From the NCBI GenBank assembly GCA_050084985.1, contig JBITNC010000002.1:13206001-13270000 (forward strand): a stretch of 64,000 nucleotides of DNA. The letters run 5' to 3'. The notes beneath the pieces are model-generated. The model saw nothing but the letters and a program-made list of their open reading frames with translations. It ran no database searches and was not told the origin of the DNA. This document shows, one piece after another, positions 26,067-37,700 of the stretch (within the stretch, counting starts at the first letter, position 1; each line of letters begins with the position of its first letter). The position numbers and the translations under genes were made by a program. The stretch comes from Nageia nagi. Lineage: Eukaryota > Plantae > Pinophyta.

Positions 26067-28925
26067 GATCCTTAAAATCTTTGAAATAAGCAAATATTTC
26101 ATTCTTATGTTTTAAGAAGTAAACCCAACACATTCTTGAATAATCATTAATAAATGTAAGAAAATAAGAGTTCTTACCCAAGCTCTTGGTTTTCATAGGG
26201 CCATAAATATCAAAGTGGACCAATTGGAGTGGGTATGAGGCCCACCATTCTTTCCTTTTAGAGAAATATTGTCTAGCATGCTTGCGTAATGCACAACTCT
26301 CACAAACAACTTTATAGCCCTCTACCTTTAGCAAACCATAAACCATTTCATCAAAATTTAGCAACCTCAAACGTGCAAAACTCAAATGACCATACCTTAG
26401 TTGCCACAATCAACTCTTATTTTCAATAACAAAATTAGCGAGGTTGATCCTTTGTAATCCAAATTTATAAAAGAAATAACCTATTATTGGTCATAGGAAC
26501 AATAGTAACAAGTCTATTGGGATGGTTCTTACCATAAATTGCACTTTTTGTAAAACCTAATTCCTTGCACTTAGATCACTAAACACACCTTGTTAATAAC
26601 CTCAAGGAACCTAACCTTTACCACTAAATTTTCCTATGATGTGATGAATTGACAAGATCAAGAAATGAAAATGAAGTCCTTAGTCTTGAAGTCTTGATGT
26701 GCAAATTGTATCTATGGACCTAAAAGGAAAACAAAGAATGTTAACGGAGACCTCAAACTAAAAATCCTTGAGACTTTGTGATTGATCAAGTAGGGCAAGG
26801 CCGCAGCTCAACAAGCTAGTAGGCCTCCTAGCTGTTAATCACAAAGACAAAAGAAATGATCTTTATGCTTATAATTCAAGATAACATGCTAGTTGACAAA
26901 AGATATGACAAGATCCAAAGCCTATTGACAATATTTGATGCAAGATTATAACAAATGACAAGTCTATGACAATGATTTTGACAACAATGTATTATGATCA
27001 AGATTATATGACAATAAGTAATATAAGTACAATAGATCTACAAAACAATGCCTAAAATGTCTAAACCCTAAGTTCAAACCCTAGATAGGTTATGCCTACT
27101 ATGCCACACAATGATGCAAATATATCAATTACTATGTCTAAATGTGGATAGAAAAGGTTGGTGAAGATCCCCAAGCTTTGGTCCAAATTTGTTCAAAACC
27201 TCAATATATCCAAAATCAACCACAAATAATCAATTAAGGACACAATTACCTCAATCCATCATTTATAGGATGAGATCTTTAGGGTTGAAAAATGTGTGAA
27301 GCCCAAGCAATTGTCCTCCAAAAATAATGTCACAATTCAGATTTTGCGCTCAAAGTGTCAGATCTTGCAAAAGTTCTCATGAAAATGAAGTGTCAATCCT
27401 AAAAAATGGAGCCTAGGTCACATATTTATAAACAAAATAGTTAGGATCATCCAGATGACTGTGAGCCTGCAGGATCATCCGAACGATTAGCTAATTGTTT
27501 GGACAACTGGGATAGAGTGTTAAAAATGCCTTGGTGCCAAAATTTCATCAAGTTGTCCTACAAGAAACATTGCATAACAAGTTAGTACGACATGCTAAGA
27601 AATGATACTATGAGTGCCATAAATGTCCATAAAATACCATCCTAAGATAAATATGCAATTTTATGGTGTTTACACTTTCTTATCTTTAAAAACTAGCTTG
27701 TAGTTCTTTTCCAACATATGCCCTATACTCGACAAATTATGTTTCAAATTTGGTGTGTAATAGATGTCATGAACATGCTTCTTACCTTCATTTATGTTCA
27801 CCTTCATTACACTTTTGGTTGCCACCTCCAAAGACTCGTCATTTCCAAGCTTAATGTTGAATTTGAAGGAATGATCCAAGGAATAAAACACATCACCTTT
27901 CCTATCATACGATTGGAACATCTAGAATCAGGAATCCAAGTTTCTTGAAGATTTTATCAACCTTATTATATGATAAGAAATTTTTTTTATTAGCAACCTC
28001 TTCTTCACCATAGTTGGTTGTCTTTCCATCATTTCCAACCTTTAATTTGCATTCTCTTTCAACTCCTACTTGTTATAATGGTAACATTACACATTCCTTT
28101 TATCAACACTACCTACTACACCACCTCTTCTACCTCCTCTTCCTCTAGAAGAATTTTGACCTCTTCCTTGGCCATGTCCTTTTCCAACCATACAAGGTTC
28201 TGATAACAAATGAAGTTTAAGACAAAATATGAGAAACATAACAACTCAAAACAGTGAGCCCCAGAGTTACAAACCAAAGCACCAAAGTTGATAAACAAAT
28301 GAGTTCAAAATAAAGAAATCAAAATATGGTTAAAAAGAACTCAATAATGGGTATCAAAAAATGTAAAAATATCAAATATTGGACTTCAAGTTTAGGAGTG
28401 CTAGAGTGCTAAACAAGAGCACTAGAGTTTGGGCAAAAAATACTAAAACATGAATTTTTAGAGGTGAAAATGAAATGTCAAACCTAAATGAAAAAACACG
28501 TGATATATGGATTGAAAGATCTTGATAAGACCTTTCCAACGGTGTATCACATTTTACCAATGAAGCAACATAGAAAATGTTATTAAGCTCCAAACTAGGT
28601 TGTTCAAATGTTTGTAAAATCTGGATTGTACAATACCAAAAAACACAAGCTAAAAAAATGAATTTTTTCATATTCAATTCATGCCTCCACACTTTAAAAA
28701 CTTGTACAATATAATAGAATAGCTATTACACTATCTAAGACTAATCAAAACTAAATAATCTAAGTTGTTATATGTAAAGTAACAATCCACAATTGTTACA
28801 AACTGCCAAAAGCTGTATGACTTATTCCTACTGTTACACATTCTTTTATTCTACAATTATAAAAGGAGTTTCAGATTCATTTTACTGATACACAAATGTC
28901 ACATGGTCAGCATCATATTCCAACA
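26067..28925 (-). mobile_element. Ty1/copia remnant B (5' LTR ~28211-28925, degenerate PBS, gag C-terminus, protease, integrase N-half)
   Basis: WQLRYGHL, CESCALRKH, LVHFDIYGP and INDYSRMCWVYF; protease WIPDSRCSN; PBS-like GTTCTGATAACA at 28197-28208. Confidence 0.8.
26549..27674 (-). mobile_element. Solo LTR inserted in copia B
   Basis: TGTAAA...TTTACA termini and TSD CTTTT/CTTTC; copia coding sequence resumes on both sides. Strand inferred from a TATA-like motif at ~27424. Confidence 0.85.
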
Positions 28926-29089
28926 TTCAATATATCAACTCATCACAATATATTTGCCAAAAGCTGTATGACTTATTTTTATTTTACAATTATAAAAGAA
29001 GTTTCAGATTCATTTTATTGATACACAAATGTCACATGATCAGCATCATATTCCAACATTCAATATATCAACTCATCACAATATATTTG
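28804..29089 (+). repeat. Tandem duplication (~150 and ~135 bp)
   Basis: TGCCAAAAGCTGTATGACTTATT...CACAATATATTTG occurs twice. Confidence 0.92.
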
Positions 29090-31490
29090 ATTAGATCTAT
29101 AGGACTAAGTGCTACACCACTAGTTTACACTTCTATTGAACTTTTAACCGTAACTCCTTTTCTCAACACTTAAACAAATTGTCACAAAGATTCCAAATTA
29201 AGACTTTGTTCTCAAACTTCCAAACATTTATTTATTTTGTTGAATTTTTCAAAGATAAATTAAATGTCCAAATCCTAAATGGGATCCATTTGGGAACACA
29301 TCAAATTCATTATTGTACCCAAATACACAAATGGATTTGATTAAGTCCTAAATCTTTGGATCAATTGGCCATAGTATCTCACAACCACCATAAAAACTTA
29401 AGGCATTAGATATGGAATTTCAACTTCTTGACTTTGTTTTACTATGTCTTCTAAGCAGATTATTGAGGATGTCAAAATTTATGAAGAGGATTAGCTCTAT
29501 AAAGATATTGTTTTTCTGACAAAAATGGTGCCTTTTAAGTCGAGGGATCATTATTTTTAACATGATTTTCACTGAAATATAATGAGCATTGGAAGGAGTC
29601 AACTTTCATTCATTTAAAGTAAACCTTCCAAATTGAAATAGTACTAAGAATCGTCAAACCTCCTGATGTTCGAAAGTTCTCAAGCATTTATGTAGCCATT
29701 TGGATTTGAGCACTTTTTGTTACTATGATTTCTATTTGTCATGGACCTGCTTGTAAAACTTATACGAATAGTTCATCCATGGTAATGCAATGTAAAAAAG
29801 GTTGAAAAACAAAAACAGGTCCAAGAAGCAAACCCTCTACGTCAAGAAATAATGGATGATATCTTGAATTTAGGGAAAGAACATATACTAATCCTTAGGG
29901 AAAGCTAACCTTTTTTTAGAAAGTGTTAAGTTGTTTGCAACATTCAAATACTTAAATGACTCAAATTACAAAATGCATGAACCAAATTATATATTACGCA
30001 ATAATAGGTTGTGCCTAGGGGCCCACAAGGATTGATTTGAGTCCCCTATAGCCAATGCCTTATAATTTTTAACATTTCCCCTCCAAAGAATTAGAGCTAG
30101 CTCGAATGAGTAGAAACTAGCGTATGCCATTGCTAACGGAAACTACATCACCTGATACTTGAAAAATCAACCAAGTTAAATCAAGAAACTAATACAAATT
30201 GATAGCCAGGATATTTTCCATAAAACCATCTCTTTTAACCTAATCCCTTGTCAAAATTTCAAAATGCCAAAAAAGTTAAAAACATTGTCTGAAGTTTGAA
30301 CCCAATATAATATATTGGAGTGTGTTCAATATGAACTAAATGAAGGTATCACTTGTGACATTTCATATTTTCTTCTCCTATTTTCTGAATAATGTCAGAA
30401 TGTATTTTTTGTGGAAGCGTGTCAAGCAGATGATATGCACAACATTAGGCCCATATGATCAAACCCTGCCGGAAAGCAATCTGCAGTCATCATCTCAGCC
30501 ACATCCATTTCATAGTTGTAATTTGTTTCTTTTGAAGATATGAAATGTTGTGATATTTTTAAAAATTTCAAAATAAATAAAGCCAATCACAGAATTCAAA
30601 CGAGGCCAGCCAGAACACAAAACACCATGGTCCACTTTGCAATTCCAAGATATATACTCACAAGATATTCATCCTATGGCCGCCAGGGTTATGTAACTGT
30701 GCGGCAGTAGATAGATAAGGTTTCACAGTCTGTAATGTAACATTTTGTTGTATTTTGGCTAGCAGGGAGCTACATCTGGGTAGCAGTGGACATAAAGGAT
30801 TTTATTGTACCGGGTTGGAGGATGCCTGTCAAAACCTCCATTTTACATTTTATCGGGAAAAAAAAAGTTATTCACCCTAACAAACACTTGTTCCAAACAT
30901 AAAGTTGTCATCAAAATCAAATTTAATTATGCTCCTCTATGCAAAGTTCCCATTCCAACAAAGCAATATAAAAAGGTACAGGTGGATATTTTAGGTCCCA
31001 CACTAGCTATTTTGCCTAATTGACATATGAGACTACCAAGTTGTAATAAGGGCACTTCGCTGTCTCTTTTATTGTTCCAAATTATATACCTTCTTACATT
31101 TTGGCCATTTAACAAGTCTTGATGCTAATTGAAACTTGCTAATCCATATGCAAACATACAATCAATTCCAATGGGCTACATATAGTCGCACCTTCCAAAT
31201 AACCAAGTCAAGGGAATCAGGAGAAATAAAATACCAGAAGCAACAAACTATAGAACCTCCTCTTGCCATTACATGAATACTGTCTTTATGGAACGTGAAC
31301 TCCTAGCATGTCACCCTAACCTGCAATGGTTGTCCTAAGATATAAGAGTTATATGAAATTTGAATATGGAGAACATGGTTCAGAAGCATTCCAAAACAAT
31401 TAAGAATGTGAGAGAATAATCACCATCATCCATATCTTGAAGCAGCTTTTATAGATATCAGTGAAGTAGTACAGGTTTATCTTAATTTAC

Positions 31491-32917
31491 ATATGCTTTC
31501 ATTAAAGGCAACCATTCTATTGAAACGGATGTAGTTTCTGGATTACCAACTGCAAGCACAAATATTAAAACTTCAGATTTTGCAGTCATTAAATTGACAA
31601 AGATATAAATAATTATCAATGGAAAGAAAACAATAGTGAAGTTCCATACAATCCAATTGTCTCAATCCAGACTTGTCACATGCATCAGAACAGTTCCCCG
31701 AAAAAGTGTAAGCACTTAAGTTAGAGCGTTCCATGGTGTAGAATTTGAACAAAGTAAGAAAATTCTACAAATAAATGCACAATAGAATCCTTACTTTTGT
31801 AGAGCAGTTTAGTTATCACGAATGAAATCATCAAGATATGCCTCATCTTTCCCTGGAGTAAAATAAATAATCTGCAATTTTTTGTTTAAAGATAAGAATA
31901 CAAAACTCTGCTTCCTTTCAATATGACACCAACTCACTTTTGCATATGACCTTTAAAACTACTTACAGAGGGATCATCATTAATTTTACTTTCCTCTTGA
32001 AACCGATCAGAAGAATGATTCAATGTTTTACACCAGGCACTAAAGGGTGCATTAACCTGAAAAAAGAAAAATATGATTAATTTGATTGGTAATTAAAAAA
32101 TTGTACCAAGTCAGTAACACTATAGTTGAATTTAAGTATAGATGCTTGCGCATGAGGTGAGAAATGCAACCTCACGCTATTATCAGCTTCGTCATCAGAA
32201 TCATCATCACTATGAGGCAAAACTGTAAATATAAGGAATGACGTGTGCCACTACTCAAGCTGCTTAGGAATTTCCATTACAGTGCACAGTGTAATAGATG
32301 TCTTATACATTAAGGATTGCTTGTAAGCATAGTTGTAAAACTTGTCACAAGTTTAACGGGCAAGAAAATTCGTTTAAGTTGCTGCTGCAAGTTTTCCTAT
32401 TTTTGTCTGCAATGTTTCTCTGCTGATTACTTCATAATGTCTATGGATTTTATTACTAGTCTTTTGAGCTGTCCTTATCTCTAGCAGATTTGGCATAACT
32501 ATATGCAGTTCTCTTCTTAGTATAGTAAATTCAACTTGTGATATCAGGAGACTCACAAGCAACTTCGTTTTGGCATTCTATTGCACCTTCTGCATATGGA
32601 CCTGCAATTATCTGATCAACGTTGTATATTATAAATATTGCTGGTCAGTTTGTAGTTATTTTGTAAGTATTTCGGAATATATATTGTATAAGGTTTTATG
32701 GGGTCCACCAAAAACCCTTAATTAATACAAATTTACGTAACCAAATACACACACACACACACTTTTGATGAACACTAATTTTCTTGCCCGTTAAACTCAC
32801 AATGAGTTTACAACTACGCTTGTAAGAAATTAGAACTATACATGCGGTTAATAATATTGATGGCACTACAGGGCAATTACTCCCAAGGATAACCCTTCCC
32901 TCTGTAACCAGTAATAC
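31491..32917 (-). CDS. Partial spliced host gene of unknown product; exons 32917-32881, 32601-32557, 32222-32176, 32056-31967, 31852-31795, 31549-31491
   Basis: Six exons with GT-AG junctions and compatible phases give one open frame: VLLVTEGRVILGSPYAEGAIECQNEVAFLPHSDDDSDDEADNSVNAPFSAWCKTLNHSSDRFQEESKINDDPSGKMRHILMISFVITKLLYKIGNPETTSVSIEWLPLMKAY. Further exons are possible at ~34506-34412, 34343-34241 and from 31320 downward. Confidence 0.65.
32325..32821. repeat. Intronic inverted repeat pair (32325-32370 and 32777-32821)
   Basis: Perfect 21-bp core AGTTTAACGGGCAAGAAAATT (32350-32370) pairs with 32777-32797, plus a 14/15 outer block. Confidence 0.9.
32747..32762 (+). repeat. (AC)8 microsatellite
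   Basis: Read directly from the sequence. Confidence 0.9.
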
Positions 32918-34769
32918 CTACAGGTGTGAAAGAGAAGCATAATGATAAAACCATGGGTAAACTATAGTTGTGTCAACAGTGTCAAAAACAATTGGCTGTT
33001 AAAACTCCCTTCCAAATCAAGATCCTTGCTACATCTTATTGAAAGTCTCTTATGTTTGTCAAAAATGGACTCCAAAATTAAACTTGGCCATTCACAGCAT
33101 AGAAAAAACACATATATGCAATATATAAAAGTGATTCCATGAATTAAAAACTCTAGAAGATCACATGATCATCCTTGAAATCATTAAGATATCAGTTCAA
33201 TCTATTATGTTTGATGAACTTCGATGCCACTTAAAACACAATTTTCTTTTATAGATCCTAGGGCAACTAAGCATATAGGTCCTTAAGGACATTAAAGTCA
33301 ATTTAAAATGAAACCAATAAGAACCCTTGATTCAAGTTTCCTATGTCACCGTGTCGCAATCTGAAATACTAATTAATGAACATTATGTATAATCTCATTT
33401 TTTATTTGTGTCCACGCCAGTATTCCTTGGAGCATAGCTTATGTAAGTCTTTCATCTGTTTTAATGAATTAAAAGACGAACTAACTTATTAATAAAAAAT
33501 AGCTGAGTCTATTGTAGCAAGAAATTTCAAGAGAATTCAAATTGACAGGCATATAAGCTAAAGAAATGTGCTGAAGAAATTGTGATTAACCAATTAAAAA
33601 TAACTATAAGGAAAACTTTTAATTCATGTCTAAAACTGAATATAAAATACAAAAGAGATCAATCAAGACATGTAACTGATAAATAGTAACATGTTCTGTA
33701 TAAAATTTAACGTGAAAAATGTATTCCAAATGAACTGAAACTTCTGAATTATTCATGTGAACAAAGTTTCCACATAAGTGCCAAAGAGAATGACTACGAA
33801 GAACAATTCCGTTTGTTCTGGCAGCTTCCGTGTTCTAGTATATAAGAATGTCATTTATTGAAAATAATTTCTCCAATAATATGATTATAAACAACCTTGT
33901 CAACAATGCCTTAGAAATCACATTTAAAATGGCAATTCCTTTAGTCAGTCAATATTGTGGCATAGGAAAATGGCTCTCCCTCCATTCAGTCTTTGGAAAT
34001 TATCATCATTTAAAAGCAGTGTTTGTCATCAAAACTTTCTGCTTCTCTATGTGATTCACAGGTTTCTCGAAAAAACAGTGAAATTCAAATGAGAAAATCA
34101 AGGTGTACTGGAACAAACAACAAATATAAGAATATATTTTGCAAAATATGTATTTCTAAGTGTAAAGAAAGCTACAGCCATAAATTCACACTGCACCCTG
34201 ACCTAGAAGCCGTTGTAGAAACTAATATACAAAATCATACATGAGGATAGAACTCTGAGCTTGTACTGCACCTTATCAGATATCTTGAGATAAAAAATTC
34301 CTGATCAACTGGAAAGGATTTCTGCAAGAAGTGGTACATGATCCTATAACAGTGATAGTATTTCTATAATCAAATTTATGGAGACAAACAATTTTTGGCT
34401 GGATAACTCACCATATAGAAACGGAACAAGTTCCTACAGTGACGGAGACTCTTAGTTTCACAACATCTGCTTTGGCTACAAGCAATGTCCATTCGGTACT
34501 AAATGCCTGATTGTTGAAAGTTGAGTGCATCTTCCAAGTCTTATACAATGCAATATTGTTGTTGACTCATGTAACAAAATTTCCTGTTGTGCGACTCCTG
34601 TGGAGATATTGAATAATGTTTCTGGCCCTCTGGATGTACATATATCTTTTTGTTAATGACTACAGCTGAAAAATCTCAGTGGAAGATTTGCTACTGAAAT
34701 ACTCGCACTAGAAGAAGGGCCCTGCTTATGTTAATGATTACAGCTGAAAACTCTCAGTGGAAGTCTTGC

Positions 34770-37700
34770 AGTAATAACCCCTCTAGTGGTCCTCACTCAT
34801 CTAATGCAATATTATAACAAAATCGGCCAAGGGGAAGTGGGACACACCTCTTATGGAGTAGATTGGAGTGATTTATATAAAAAAACAATTGTCATAAAAG
34901 AATAATAATTTTGCCTTGGTTTCAGCACCACTCAATGAGCAATTAAAAGGCAAAAGGGGAATGGCCAGCTATAAAGAGGGGAAGTACCCCATTTGGAGAC
35001 TATCTTGGACACTTTTACATCGTGATTTTGTGGAGCAAAGGGCTGATCCCTTTTTCATCCTTATAGAGATGAAAACCTGCAGAAAAGCCAATCTTGGAGA
35101 CATGGGTTGATCCTTTTTCCTTCGGTTGAGAGGATTCAAGGACGAAAACCCTTGAGTTCTTTGAGAGTGAATCCATCCAGCATTCACGTATATTGAGATT
35201 TTCTGCATATGATTTGAGGTTTGAAAACCCTAACATGGAGATTTTCAGAGTTTTCAGATTTCAGCCAGATTGTGAAGTAGTCGCCCAATTTTCGGAAGCC
35301 TTTTTGTGTGTTTTCAAACTTGTTCTGCCTCCTAGAGAGAAGTGCCCAACTCTAGGCATTTTACTTTGTATTCTTGGAGCAGTTTTTAGTACTTTGAGTG
35401 CCCTAGATAGTGTTACCACTTTTAGAATATTTTAATAAATTTTGTGGAGATTGATCTGGCCATTTTGAGAATTTGTAGTCCATTTTCATTATGAATTTCA
35501 GATCTGAAAAACATTTGAGCAATTCTGATTTTTGTTTGCAAAATTTCTGGATTTCCTAGTTAGGGATCTTATAGTGGTATCAGAGTTGCTTTCTTGCCTA
35601 CTTGTGAAGACTATGCAGCCTACTAATAGGTACTATTTAAGGAGGAACAAATCAAACCCTAACCTCCATTTCCTCAACCAAAAAGGAGAGACTGCAGATC
35701 CAGAAGCTGAGCAAGGTGAACTTGTTGATATGGCGGATAGAGCTGAGCTAAAAATGGATGCAATCCTTGACTTGATGACTCAGTTACTTGGAAGGTTGAA
35801 TTAGGGTGGGATTCCTTGACCTCAGCCAAATCAGAGTGAAAACCCTCAGCCACAACCAAATCAGTGTGAGACTTCAACAAGAACAGCCACAGCGGATCAA
35901 AGAAGTGAGAGATCCGTTCGATACACACATTCTCCATTGCCTAAGCCAAAAAAACCCATGTTTTTGCAAACATAAGAGGCTAATCCATTGCATATATCCA
36001 TAGAAATGGATGCCTTATTTCTGGAATACCAATGCGGAACTGAAGATTTCAGAAATGTAGTTTCTTTCCAGAGATATTTGGAGATCTTGAGAAAGAAAAT
36101 GAATGGGAAAGGCAACATGTATGATGAAAAGAAATATCTGCACCAAAAGATGCAAGTGCCTATGTTTGATGGTAGAGATTGCATGACAGCTAGGGCATGG
36201 CTGCAAAAAATGTAGACATATTTTACTCTCATTCCTATGGCTTAGGAGGATGTAGTGCAATTTTCAATTCTATACCTGGAAGGATTTGCATATGATTCGT
36301 GGCATCATGGTCTTACAACACAAGGCCATGGAGAGATTACTACATTTGATGAATTTAGTCAAAGGATCCTAGATCGCTTTGAGAGGAAGGATGAAGAGGA
36401 GTATATTAGAGATCTGGCCATTCTAAAGCAAAGAACTACTATGGAGTCTTACATCGAGGAATTTCAAAAAATCTTTGTTATGGTGCCCAACATTTCAAAA
36501 AAGAGGGTGACTTTCCTCTTTATTGAGGGCTTGCTTGAGCCATTAAGAGGTTTAGTAAAAGCATTCGAACCTCCCACTTTGCATGATGCAATTAGAAGGG
36601 CATTGACCCTAGAGTCTTCAGCATCACCACCGCCTAAATATAGACAAGCAAGGCCATCTGGGCCATTCTCGAGGAGAGATCCTTTCTAGGAGAGAAATCA
36701 GCCTATTGGGAAGCCAACGTTCACTCCACAGAGAGCTTAAGCATGTACACCCTTAGGAAAAGGGTAGATGAAGACTGCAACGAATTGAGGAGGAAAAAAT
36801 TGTGTTTCTCATGCAAAACCCCTTGGGAACCATGTCATCGTTGCCAAGGAAAGGGGCAAATCCATTACATTGAGGTTGTTTTAGATGAGGAGGCATCAAA
36901 TAGTGAATATGAGTCTTCTAAAGAGCATGATTTGGAGGAGCCATCCCAGGAGATACCAAATGGAGGCACATTGGTCACTTTGAGCAGTTGCGACTAGGTA
37001 CCTTACTATTAAGGTGCCTGGAGAGGTAGTAGGAGAAAAGATGATTGTATTGATTGATGGTGGGGCGATCCACAATTTCGTTGATGAGGATTTTGTGGCC
37101 AAGAAAAAACTCAAGACAGAAAGATTTGTTAGTTTCAATGTAGCAACTAGAAATGGGAATATTGTACCTTGTAACAAATTGGTGAAGCAATTGAAGGGTA
37201 GTTTTGAGAATTATTTAGTAGTTGGTGATTTCTATGTGTTGCCAATTGAAGGTTAGTTTTGAGAATTATTCAATAGTTGATGATTTCTATGTATTTCCCA
37301 TGGGAGGAATACCACATATGGTGCTTGGAATACAATTGTTGTACTCATTGGGGAGTATTCCACAAATTATCAAAAGTTGGAGCTCAAATTCAGACCTAAT
37401 GGGCATGAGATTATTTTGCGTGGAATCAAATATACTGTGATCCAGAATGTGACAACAAAGAGGATGGAAAAGATCCTCAAGAAGGAGGAGATCATTTGAG
37501 GTGCTAGTTTATTCATGGGAAAAGGTATCCCTTATTCTTCTAGTGAGATTTTTTAGATTATATTGGATAGGCATAGTGTAGTGTTTGGAGATATGCCTAA
37601 AGGCTTACCACTTAATAGGGGATTTCAGCATATCATTGAGTTAGAACCTAGATCAAAACCTATCATGATTACCCCCTATAGGCACCCACGCATGTACAAG

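Noticed and set aside
32320-32827. Pack-MULE capturing an exon
   Set aside because: Arms are short, there is no 8-10-bp TSD, and the exon is in phase with neighbours outside the arms.
32557-32917. Resemblance of VILGSPYAEGAIECQNEV to the Gemin6/Lsm12 C-terminal motif
   Set aside because: Too short, and the flanking sequence does not fit; no gene symbol assigned without a profile search.
33350-33360. 11-nt microexon (TTTCAG...GTGAC)
   Set aside because: Cannot be distinguished from chance without transcript data.
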